From the NCBI GenBank assembly GCA_963760955.1, contig CAVXFF010000001.1, forward strand, positions 2,518,740 to 2,582,739: 64,000 nucleotides of DNA, in the 5' to 3' direction. The notes below the pieces were generated by a model that was not told where the DNA came from, made no database searches, and saw nothing but the letters and a program-made list of their open reading frames with translations. The position numbers and the translations under genes are program-made. Below are positions 18,498-27,145 of this stretch, piece by piece. This DNA is from Terriglobia bacterium. GTDB taxonomy: Bacteria > Acidobacteriota > Terriglobia > Bryobacterales > Bryobacteraceae. How positions within the stretch are numbered: the first letter of the stretch is position 1; every line of letters starts with the position of its first letter.

Positions 18498-21362
18498 ATG
18501 AAGCGATTCACGCTGTCGGTTTTGCTGGCGGGCGCGCTGGCCGCGCCGGTCTGGAGCCAGGCACAGTCCCAGGTCGCGGTGCAAACTGACGCTGGCGCCG
18601 CTCCTGAGGTGGGGGTTGCGCGGATCAGTCTCGTTAGTGGAGACGTATCCGTGCGGCGCGGGGATACCGGGGAATTGACGGCGGCCGAGGCCAACGCGCC
18701 GCTGGTGGAAAAAGATCACCTGTTGACGGCCGAGGGCTCGCGGGCCGAAATTCAGTTCGACTACGCCAACATGATTCGCGTGGGTCCGGCCAGCGAAGTG
18801 CGCCTGGGCGACTTGCGCGACGGCGATTACCTGGTGCAGGTGGCCGAAGGAACGACAACGTTCCGCGTGCTGCGCGATACCAGCGCGCTGGTGGAGATCA
18901 GCACGCCGACGGTTTCCGTACGTCCCCAGGAGCGCGGCACGTATCGCGTGTACGTGCGCCCGGACGGGTCGACGCAGGTGACCGTGCGCAGTGGGCAGGC
19001 CGAAATCTTCACGCCGCGCGGGACGGAGACGCTGCGTGCGGGTCAGACGATGGAGGCTCGGGGCGACGCGACGAATCCCGAGTACATGATCTCCTCGGCC
19101 ATCCCCAGCGACGAGTGGGATCGCTGGAACCAGCTTCGTGATGACGATCTGCTGAAGAGCCAGAGCTATCAGTACGTCAACAACAGCATCACCGGCGCAG
19201 ACGCGTTGGACGGCTACGGCAACTGGGTTTACGATCCGGCGTACGGCAACGTGTGGGTGCCGAACGTGGCCGCGGGCTGGGCTCCGTATCGTGTGGGGAG
19301 CTGGGTCAACATCAACTACTACGGCTGGACCTGGCTGAGCGGCGATCCGTGGGGCTGGGCCCCGTATCATTACGGCCGCTGGTATAACTCGCCGGCCTAC
19401 GGCTGGGCGTGGTGGCCGGGCGCCTATACGTCGCGGTATTCCTGGAGTCCGGGGCTGGTCAGCTTCTTTGGCTGGGGCAACGCCGGCGTTGGTCTGAACC
19501 TGGGCTTCGGATTTGGCAACGTTGGCTGGGTGCCGCTGGCGCCGTATGAAATCTACCAGCCGTGGTACGGAGGCTTCGGCTACGGAGGCTATGGCTACGG
19601 AGGCTATGGCTACGGTGGGTTCGGATACGGCCTCGGCTTTGGACTCGCCTACGGCAATGGACTCGGCTACGGCTATGGCCTCGGACTCGGCTACGGCTAC
19701 GGTAGGTATGGCTATGGCGGCTACGGCTACGGTGGCTACGGCTACGGTGGCTATGGCTACGGCGGCACGATCATCAATAACGTCAATATTGTTAACAACT
19801 ACCGCAACGCGCGTTTCGTCAACGGGCGCAACGGCGTGACCAGCGTCCGGGCCAATAACTTCGGACGCGGGCGCGTGAACACCAATAACTTTGTGCGGAC
19901 GTCGGCTGGGGACCTCAACCGGGCTGGGCAGGTCCGTGGACAGATCCCGATCGCGGCTTCGGCCGAGAGCCGCCGGTTTTCGAATCGGCAGGTGAGCGCC
20001 AACACCGTGGCGCGGGCCTCGCGCGGCGGGAACACGCAGTTCGTGACCAGCAGCCGGCGGTCGGCGGGGAACGGCGGCGCCGGCGGCAATGTGGGCACTG
20101 GCGCAGGCGCGGGTACGGCGGTGGCCGGTACCGTCGGTGGCCGTAGCCGGGGGAACGGTGGAGGCGGAGCCGCAGCGGGCGGTCCCGCGCGAGGCGCGCA
20201 GGCGGGGACCGTAGCGCCCGGTGGCGGCCGCACGGCATCGCGTCCGGTGGTCGAAAATGCGCGCGCCGCCGGAGCGGGAACGGCCGTAAACTCACGGGCC
20301 GCGGCGGCCGGAGGGAATGCCGTGAACAGTGCCACGACCGGCCGCTGGCGGCGCTTCGATCAGCAGGGCCGCGCAGACGTCTCAGGACGCACTGCGGCGA
20401 ACGGCCAGGCCGCGGTTCAGTCGAACCGGCGGGCCAGTGGGTTCACCAGTCCGCAGACGACGGCGACCACGCCGGCCAGCGGGTGGCGGCGGTTCGATCA
20501 ACCCAGCCGCGCGAGTGCCGCGGGCGGTACGGCGGTGAACGGCAGCCAGGGTGCGGTTCAGGCGAATCGGCGGGCGGGCGGGGCTTCGAGTTCGCAAGCG
20601 CAGGCGACGACGCCGGCCAACGGCGGCTGGAGGCGGTTCAACGCGTCGGCGCCGAACTCGGGCGGCTCCCCGGGAGGCTCCTCCGGGGTCATCCGGACGA
20701 TGCCGGCCGCGCCGGGAGCTTCGGGCATCATCCGCTCGCAGCGCAGCGCCGCGGATATGCCGTCGCGCGCACCGCGGTCGGATACACGCAGCTCGCGCGG
20801 AGCGGGCTCGCAATCTGTCGCGCCGCAAGGCGGGTCTTCTTCGGGCGGATTTTCTTCAGGCGGATTGGGGCAAGGCGGCTTCTCGACGGGCATCCAACGG
20901 AGCGCGCCCGGGCAGTCCCCGCAGTCCGCGTCCGGGTCGCGTTCGCGGCCGGGCGGGAATCAGCAGCCGATACAGATCAACCCGTCGATCGTGCAGCCGC
21001 GGTCGCAGCCACGCTCCTATGTGCAGGCGCCGCGTTCGTCGGCGCCGAACCGAGCGGTTGCCCCGAGCCGGTCGAGTGGCGGATCCTTCTCCATCCCGCG
21101 CAGCTCGCGCAGCGCGATTCCGAGCGGCGGAGGCGTGGTTCGTAGCGCCCCGCGCAGTGCTCCGGTCAGTCCGCGCAGTTTCGGCGGCGGCGGTGGCGCG
21201 GTCCGCAGCGCACCGCGGTCGAGTGGAGGTGGCGCTGTGCGCAGCGCTCCGCGATCGGTCGGGAGCGGGGGAGCGGTGCGCGGTGGGGGCGGCGGTGGCG
21301 TGGTCCGGTCAAGCGGAGGCGGAGGCGGAGCCCGTACCGGCGGCGGCGGCCGGCGGCGCTAA
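18498..21362 (+). CDS. Secreted FecR-like protein with W/Y-rich domain, Gly-Tyr repeat block and long Arg/Gly/Ser-rich tail
   Basis: RBS GGGAGGGG, signal peptide MKRFTLSVLLAGALAAPVWSQA, FecR-like block ARISLVSGDVSVRRGD...LLTAEGSRAEIQF and a W/Y-rich block (GNWVYDPAYGNVWVP...WAPYHYGRWY). (GYGYGG)n at 19566-19765, three WRRF(D/N) repeats, and a terminal RSAPRS/GGGG tract. Confidence 0.75.
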   Translation: MKRFTLSVLLAGALAAPVWSQAQSQVAVQTDAGAAPEVGVARISLVSGDVSVRRGDTGELTAAEANAPLVEKDHLLTAEGSRAEIQFDYANMIRVGPASEVRLGDLRDGDYLVQVAEGTTTFRVLRDTSALVEISTPTVSVRPQERGTYRVYVRPDGSTQVTVRSGQAEIFTPRGTETLRAGQTMEARGDATNPEYMISSAIPSDEWDRWNQLRDDDLLKSQSYQYVNNSITGADALDGYGNWVYDPAYGNVWVPNVAAGWAPYRVGSWVNINYYGWTWLSGDPWGWAPYHYGRWYNSPAYGWAWWPGAYTSRYSWSPGLVSFFGWGNAGVGLNLGFGFGNVGWVPLAPYEIYQPWYGGFGYGGYGYGGYGYGGFGYGLGFGLAYGNGLGYGYGLGLGYGYGRYGYGGYGYGGYGYGGYGYGGTIINNVNIVNNYRNARFVNGRNGVTSVRANNFGRGRVNTNNFVRTSAGDLNRAGQVRGQIPIAASAESRRFSNRQVSANTVARASRGGNTQFVTSSRRSAGNGGAGGNVGTGAGAGTAVAGTVGGRSRGNGGGGAAAGGPARGAQAGTVAPGGGRTASRPVVENARAAGAGTAVNSRAAAAGGNAVNSATTGRWRRFDQQGRADVSGRTAANGQAAVQSNRRASGFTSPQTTATTPASGWRRFDQPSRASAAGGTAVNGSQGAVQANRRAGGASSSQAQATTPANGGWRRFNASAPNSGGSPGGSSGVIRTMPAAPGASGIIRSQRSAADMPSRAPRSDTRSSRGAGSQSVAPQGGSSSGGFSSGGLGQGGFSTGIQRSAPGQSPQSASGSRSRPGGNQQPIQINPSIVQPRSQPRSYVQAPRSSAPNRAVAPSRSSGGSFSIPRSSRSAIPSGGGVVRSAPRSAPVSPRSFGGGGGAVRSAPRSSGGGAVRSAPRSVGSGGAVRGGGGGGVVRSSGGGGGARTGGGGRRR

Positions 21363-21400
21363 CCAAACAGATACTCTTCGTCGCACAGACGAAAAACCAG

Positions 21401-21440
21401 CCCGGCGGACGCGGCACGATTTCCGCCGGGCCTTTTTGTG
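21401..21440 (+). terminator. Intrinsic terminator
   Basis: Stem CCCGGCGGA / TCCGCCGGG followed by CCTTTTTGTG, about 40 nt after the stop at 21362. Confidence 0.7.
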
Positions 21441-21633
21441 CCTGGGCTGGAGCGTTTTCTCAGCAAGCAATCGTGCGACTCCTCCCCCCGCAACTCATCC
21501 CCCCGGCAATTCCCGCCGATAAAGGAAACATTGGCGCACCGTTTACGTCTTTAGTAAGTGAGTACTGTCTCCCGCAGTACAGTTGTGCCATCCTATAGGA
21601 AGGAACCGGAAGTACCGGGCTGGTGTCTACTAG

Positions 21634-22074
21634 GTGATGAGATACTGGGGCTACTTAGCGGCGAAGCTGGTTGCAGTCGGCATGTTCGTCCTGGGCCTGC
21701 GTCTCATGATCACCCTGCTGCCCCAACCCGAGCCCTTCTTCCGCGTCGTCAAGGACCCCTTCGGGCACAACCTGGGCTACACCGCTCTCATGATGTTTTT
21801 TACGGTCGTGGCCATGGGACTCCTCTGGCTGGCCATCCGCGACCAGCGCTACCGCTGCCGCACCTGCGCCCGCCGTCTGCGCATGCCCATCACCACCGGC
21901 TCCTGGACCTACCTGCTCCAGATGGGCCGCCCCCGCACCGAGTACATTTGTCCTTACGGCCACGGTACGCTAAAAGTAGAAGAGTTGCAGATCACCGGGC
22001 ACACCGAGCCGGACTGGCAACCGCACGAGGACATTTGGAAAGAACTGCTGGCGCTCGAAGATTCCAAGAAGTAG
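21634..22074 (+). CDS. Small two-TM protein with C-terminal zinc-ribbon-like motif, unknown function
   Basis: GTG at 21634 and ATG at 21637. Two hydrophobic helices, then YRCRTCARRL...YICPYGHG (CxxC...CxxxH). Coding-like composition. Confidence 0.55.
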   Translation: MMRYWGYLAAKLVAVGMFVLGLRLMITLLPQPEPFFRVVKDPFGHNLGYTALMMFFTVVAMGLLWLAIRDQRYRCRTCARRLRMPITTGSWTYLLQMGRPRTEYICPYGHGTLKVEELQITGHTEPDWQPHEDIWKELLALEDSKK

Positions 22075-22125
22075 CCCCCCGCGGGCCGATGCGGACGTGC
22101 GGGACTCCGCACGCGAGGTACGCCG

Positions 22126-24696
22126 GTGGCTATTAAAGTTCGCGTCTCGAACAAATCCCTGTTCCTGCGCTTTGCGCGCAACCCGTGGGGCCGCGGCTTC
22201 CTCATCGCCTGCCTGGTGCTGTGTCTCACCGGCGGCGCGGTCTTCACGCATTACTACCTGAAGTACGCCTCGCTCATCGAAGAGAAGCTGGAATCCGGGC
22301 CGTTCGCCGATATGAGCGTGCTGTACGCCGCGCCGCGTCCGGTGCTGGTGGGCGAACACGTCGAGACCACGGAGATCGCCTCGCATCTGCGCCAGGCCGG
22401 CTACTCGGAGGATAACAACCGCAGCCGCGTCGGCTGGTTCCGCCTGCGCCCGGACGCCATCGAAGTCAACCCCGGCCCGGACGCCTTCGATTCGGAAGGC
22501 GCGGTGATCAAGATCGATAACGGGCGGGTCAACGAAATTATCTCGACCACCGACCACACCGACCGCGGCCAGTATATGCTGGAGCCCGAGCCCATCAGCA
22601 ACCTGTTCGACAAGACCCGCCAGAAGCGCCGCCTGTTGCGCTTCGACGACATTCCCAAGGTGATGGTCAACGCCGTGCGCGCGGCCGAGGACAAGAATTT
22701 CTTCCAGCATTCGGGCTTCGACCCGTTCGGCATCCTGCGCGCGGCCTGGCATGACATCACCACGGATCGCCTGGAAGGCGCCTCCACCATCACCCAGCAG
22801 CTCGCTACCACCCTGTGGCTGGGCGACGCCAAACGCGACTGGCGCCGCAAGGTCGCACAGACGCTGATCACCATTCACCTCGAACAGAAGCTGACCAAGG
22901 AACAGATCTTCGAGTACTATTTCAACTCGATCGACCTGGGCACGCAGGGCAGCTTCTGGATCCGCGGCTTCGCGCAGGGCGCGCAGGTTTACTTCGGCAA
23001 GGACGTGCGCGAAGTCACGCTGGGGGAAGCCGCGCTGCTGGCCGGCCTCCCGCAGGGTCCTTCCATCTACGAGCCGTTCGGGCACATGGACCGCGCCGTC
23101 ACGCGCCGCAACCTGGTGCTGAAGGCGATGCTCGAAGACGACTTCATCACCCGGGAAGAATATGACCAGGCCGCGGCCAGCGAAATCGTCGTGCGCCGCG
23201 AGGCGATCGAGTCAAGCGACGCCCCCTACTTCGTCGACCTGGCGACCAACACCCTGCGCGCCCGCTTCACCAACCTGCAGTTCGGCAGCAAGCCCTACCG
23301 GGTCTATACGACGCTCGACTCGGACCTGCAGAAGGACGCTGTCGACGCCGTCGCCGCCGGCATCAAGGAAACCGACGAGCGCTGGTCGCATCTCAACAAG
23401 AAGTACGGGACGCCCGAGTTCCCCGCAGCTCAGACCGCGCTGGTAGCCATCAACGCGGAAACCGGCGAGGTGCTGGCCGAAGTGGGCGGACGCAGCTACG
23501 GGCAGTCGCAGTTGAACCGCGCCGTGGCCAAGCGCCAGCCTGGATCGTCCTTCAAGCCGTTCGTCTACGCGGCGGCCATGAACACCGCGCTCGATCCGGA
23601 TAGCCGTGTTCTGCTCACCCCGGCCTCCACCGTGATCGACGAGCCGACCACCTTCTGGTACGACCCGACGCAAGACCCCTACGAGCCCAAGAACCACGGC
23701 GATAAATACGAGTACGGTCCGGTCACGCTGCGCGATGCCCTGAAGAAGTCCCTCAACGTGCCCGCCGTCAAGGTGGCCGAACTGGTGGGCTATGAGAAGG
23801 TCGCCGCGACGGCCCGCGCGGCCGGCCTGAACGTCAACATCCAGCCCACCCCGGCCATCGCCTTGGGCGCCTACGAAGTTACGCCGCTCGAAATGGCCGC
23901 GGCCTACACCGTCTTCCCCAACCAGGGCGAACTGGTCAAGGCCAGCTTCATCCGAAGCATTCGGGAGCGCGGTGGAGCGGAGGTCTTCCACTCCACCATC
24001 GAACGCCAGCCGGCGCTCGACCCGCGCGTCGCCTACCTGGTCGAGAACATCCTCGAAGACGTGCTGCGTTCCGGCACCGGCGCCGCGGTGCGCGCCAGCG
24101 GCTACAAGCCTCCGGGCGGCGGCAAGACCGGCACCTCGCGGGACGGCTGGTTTGTGGGCTTCTCCTCGAAGATCATCACGGCGGTCTGGGTCGGCTTCGA
24201 CGACAACCGCGATTTCCGGCTCGAAGGCGCGCATAGCGCCCTGCCCATCTGGCTGGAGTTCATGAAGCGCGCCCACGAGCATCCGCAGTATCGCAACACG
24301 CGCTCCTTCGAGGCTCCGGACGGGATTGTCACCGTCGATATCGACGAAGAAACCGGCGAGCTGGCCGCGCCCGGTTGCACCAAGGTTCGCTCCGAGGTCT
24401 TCATCGCCGGCACGCAGCCGGTCCAGCTCTGCCGCCTGCACAGCCATGGCAGCTCGCTGGTTTCCAGTTGGGATCCGGTCCAGCAGAGCCAGCCCGAAAA
24501 TGACGACCACTCACAGGTGAGCAATCTCCGCGCTCCGGTGAACGCCGCGCCGGCGCCCGCCGCCCGCCGCGCTGCCCCTCCGCGCGCCAAGACGGGCGGC
24601 AGCATCGAGGTAACGCCCGCGGAGTCCAAAACCAAGGAAGAAGGGAAGCCCAAGCGCGGCTTCCTGGGCCGCCTGCGCGACCTGTTCAAGAAGTAG
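22126..24696 (+). CDS. mrcA: Class A penicillin-binding protein (transglycosylase/transpeptidase)
   Basis: GTG start and N-terminal TM. GT51 motifs EDKNFFQHSGFD and GASTITQQL. Transpeptidase motifs SSFKP (SxxK) and KTGTS. Low-complexity C-terminal tail. Confidence 0.92.
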   Translation: MAIKVRVSNKSLFLRFARNPWGRGFLIACLVLCLTGGAVFTHYYLKYASLIEEKLESGPFADMSVLYAAPRPVLVGEHVETTEIASHLRQAGYSEDNNRSRVGWFRLRPDAIEVNPGPDAFDSEGAVIKIDNGRVNEIISTTDHTDRGQYMLEPEPISNLFDKTRQKRRLLRFDDIPKVMVNAVRAAEDKNFFQHSGFDPFGILRAAWHDITTDRLEGASTITQQLATTLWLGDAKRDWRRKVAQTLITIHLEQKLTKEQIFEYYFNSIDLGTQGSFWIRGFAQGAQVYFGKDVREVTLGEAALLAGLPQGPSIYEPFGHMDRAVTRRNLVLKAMLEDDFITREEYDQAAASEIVVRREAIESSDAPYFVDLATNTLRARFTNLQFGSKPYRVYTTLDSDLQKDAVDAVAAGIKETDERWSHLNKKYGTPEFPAAQTALVAINAETGEVLAEVGGRSYGQSQLNRAVAKRQPGSSFKPFVYAAAMNTALDPDSRVLLTPASTVIDEPTTFWYDPTQDPYEPKNHGDKYEYGPVTLRDALKKSLNVPAVKVAELVGYEKVAATARAAGLNVNIQPTPAIALGAYEVTPLEMAAAYTVFPNQGELVKASFIRSIRERGGAEVFHSTIERQPALDPRVAYLVENILEDVLRSGTGAAVRASGYKPPGGGKTGTSRDGWFVGFSSKIITAVWVGFDDNRDFRLEGAHSALPIWLEFMKRAHEHPQYRNTRSFEAPDGIVTVDIDEETGELAAPGCTKVRSEVFIAGTQPVQLCRLHSHGSSLVSSWDPVQQSQPENDDHSQVSNLRAPVNAAPAPAARRAAPPRAKTGGSIEVTPAESKTKEEGKPKRGFLGRLRDLFKK

Positions 24697-24752
24697 GTGG
24701 CGCAAGCCCGTGGCTTGCCGCGCCGGGACTCGTCCCGGCGCTTGTCGCCGGT
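24697..24752 (+). repeat. REP-like double-hairpin element, copy 2
   Basis: GTGGCGCAAGCCCGTGGCTTGCCGCGCCGGGACTCGTCCCGGCGCTTGTCG begins 1 nt after the PBP stop. Stems GCAAGCC/GGCTTGC and CGCCGGGAC/GTCCCGGCG. Confidence 0.85.
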
Positions 24753-24835
24753 TCCGCACAAGCACGCCATTCCCAACGGTCGCCCGCGAGCCAAACAGGT
24801 GTTACAGTGGGTGAAAGAGATGGAGGACGCTACCC

Positions 24836-25618
24836 ATGATGTACGTCGTGTCCCTGCTCGCCGCCGCTAGTCTGGCGTTCCAGGTGCCCCAGCCGCAGCA
24901 GCCGGTTGAGGTGGCGGATGGCTTGGTTCCACCCCCCTCCCCGCGCTCGGTCGCCGCCAACAACCCGGATCTCACCGACGAAATGCGCGGCGATATCATG
25001 ATGGCCCGCAAGATGTACCGGGAGGCCATCGACTTCTACAAGCCCGGCGCCGACAAGAACGCCGTGCTGGCCAACAAGACCGGCATCGCCTACCACCAGT
25101 TGGGCGACCTCGGCCAAGCCAAGAAATACTACGAGAAGGCCATCAAGCTGGACAAGACCTACTCGGAGGCCATCAACAACCTCGGCACCGTGCACTACGC
25201 CCGCAAGTCCTACAACAACGCGATCAAGCAGTATCAGAAGGCGCTCCGGATCGAGCCCTACTCGGCTTCGGTGTGGACCAACCTGGGCACCGCCTTCTTC
25301 GCTCGCAAGAAATACGATGAGGCGTTCCAGTGCTACGGCTATGCGCTCTCCATCGATCCGGAAGTCTTCGAGCGCCGCGGCACCAACGGCGTCCTGCTCC
25401 AGGAACGCAGCGTCGAGGAGAAGGCGCGCTACTACTTCATGCTTTCGCGCACCTACGCGCAGGCCGGCCTGGTGGACCGCGCGCTCCAATACATGCGCTT
25501 CTCGCTCGAAAACGGCTTCAAGGACCGCGACCGCTTCACCAAGGAACCCGAATTCGCCGCCCTGCAGGAGATGCCCGAGTTCCAGCAGATTCTCACCGCC
25601 GAATACGAGGTCCTCTGA
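24836..25618 (+). CDS. TPR-repeat protein
   Basis: RBS GGAGG upstream, N-terminal signal-like segment, and repeated 34-aa TPR signatures (AYHQLGDLGQAKKYYEKAIKLD, etc.). Confidence 0.8.
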   Translation: MMYVVSLLAAASLAFQVPQPQQPVEVADGLVPPPSPRSVAANNPDLTDEMRGDIMMARKMYREAIDFYKPGADKNAVLANKTGIAYHQLGDLGQAKKYYEKAIKLDKTYSEAINNLGTVHYARKSYNNAIKQYQKALRIEPYSASVWTNLGTAFFARKKYDEAFQCYGYALSIDPEVFERRGTNGVLLQERSVEEKARYYFMLSRTYAQAGLVDRALQYMRFSLENGFKDRDRFTKEPEFAALQEMPEFQQILTAEYEVL

Positions 25619-27099
25619 CGCGCTTCGTCCCCGTTCTGCTCGCCGCCTGCCTTCTCGCCGCCTGTGGTCCCTCTACGCCGGAGGGCGCCGTCGAACGCCT
25701 CGCCCTTCTGCCCGTCGACAACCTCACGGGCGACCAGATGCTGGACTGGGCCACCACCGCCGTCCCTTCGATGATGGCGTCGGAGCTGGTCGGCGCGGGC
25801 GCCGTAGTCCCGTTCCTCGCCAACACCGTCCATGACGGCTACCAGGGCGGCGCCACGCGCTTCGTCCACGGCTACTTCGAGCGCCGCGGCGGCCAGCTCC
25901 ACTTTGATCTTTCGATCGAGGACTCGCAGACCCACAAAATGGTCCGCACGCTGACCCTGGACGCGCCCAACCCGGCCGAGGCCGCTACGAAACTGGCCAC
26001 GGCCCTCGATCCGGCCGCGCAGCCGTTTTCCTCGTCCAACTCCGACGCTGTCGAAGCTTGGGGCCGCGGCGAGTTTGAACGCGCCGTCTCGCTCGATCCC
26101 GACTTCGGCGCCGCGTGGCTCGCCTGGGCGCAGCGGCAGATGGCCGCCAACCAACCCCAGCAGGCGCTCGAAACCGTGACCCATGCCCTGGAGCGGTCCG
26201 GACTGCGCTCCGCCGTCGACCAGGCCAACCTGCGCGTCCTCGCGGCCACACTGCGGGGCGACCAGAAGGGCCGCACCGAAGCGCTCACCGCCCTGGTCCG
26301 CCTACTGCCCAACGACGCGCGGCTGGTCCGGACTCTGGCCGAGGAGGCGCTGGCCGCCCGCCGCTTCGACGAAGCCGTCCGCTTCTACCGCGAGGTGATC
26401 CGCCTCGATCCGGACAACGCCGAGGCGCAAAACCTGCTGGGCTACGCGCTGACCTACGCCGGCGACCTCCCGGCGGCCCGCCGCGCCTTCGACGCCTACG
26501 CCAAGTTCCCCGGCGCCGAAGCCAACGCGCTCGATTCGCAAGGAGAGGCGCTGTTCCTGTTCGGCCAGTTTGCCGCCGCCGAGAAGTACTTCCTGGACGC
26601 TCACCAGAAGGATCCCAACCTGCTCCAGGGCAGCGACCTGCTCAAGGCCGCCTACGCCCGCTGGCTGGCCGGGAACCTCGACAAGGCCGAGGAGATCTTC
26701 GATCAATACCTGAAGTATCGCTCGGATCAGAATGACGTAGCAGTCGGATGGCGGCAAGCCGTCTGGCTCTATGCGACGGGCCGCGCGCCCCAGGCCATCG
26801 TGCTGCTGGAGTCCCAGAAAGGACCGGCCGCGCAACTCGCCTCCCAACAGCTCGACGTCTGGCGATCCCCCCAGCCTCTGCCCACGGACCTCAACCAGCT
26901 CGAACAGCTCTACCGGCGGACCCCACCCTCCGGGGACGGCCTCGTCCGCGTGCTCTACGCCCGGGCGCTATTTCAGGCGGGGAAGCGCGGCCAAGCCCGC
27001 GACCTGCTCAAGCTCTACCCGCTGCCGGACTCCGGGGACGCTCTCCATCAATCCTTTCTGTATCCTACGTTCCTGGACTTACAGCAGAAGCTGCGGTAA
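25615..27099 (+). CDS. TPR-repeat lipoprotein (start codon uncertain, possibly CTG)
   Basis: The 5' part of the track ORF (25330-) is Arg-rich out-of-frame noise overlapping the previous gene. The coding-like part starts at (L/M)TRFVPVLLAACLLAACG, a lipobox. No ATG/GTG/TTG is available; the CTG at 25615 overlaps the upstream TGA. TPR repeats follow. Confidence 0.6.
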   Translation: MTRFVPVLLAACLLAACGPSTPEGAVERLALLPVDNLTGDQMLDWATTAVPSMMASELVGAGAVVPFLANTVHDGYQGGATRFVHGYFERRGGQLHFDLSIEDSQTHKMVRTLTLDAPNPAEAATKLATALDPAAQPFSSSNSDAVEAWGRGEFERAVSLDPDFGAAWLAWAQRQMAANQPQQALETVTHALERSGLRSAVDQANLRVLAATLRGDQKGRTEALTALVRLLPNDARLVRTLAEEALAARRFDEAVRFYREVIRLDPDNAEAQNLLGYALTYAGDLPAARRAFDAYAKFPGAEANALDSQGEALFLFGQFAAAEKYFLDAHQKDPNLLQGSDLLKAAYARWLAGNLDKAEEIFDQYLKYRSDQNDVAVGWRQAVWLYATGRAPQAIVLLESQKGPAAQLASQQLDVWRSPQPLPTDLNQLEQLYRRTPPSGDGLVRVLYARALFQAGKRGQARDLLKLYPLPDSGDALHQSFLYPTFLDLQQKLR

Positions 27100-27145
27100 G
27101 TCAGTCCCTATAGCCCCCCTCCCCGCCAGCCGAATTTAGGAATAG

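Noticed and set aside
20551-21522. 323-aa alternative-frame ORF over the tail of the FecR-like gene
   Set aside because: It is almost pure Arg/Ala/Gly/Pro with no start context. The annotated frame is continuous with the upstream domains. Frame verification is still suggested in the findings.
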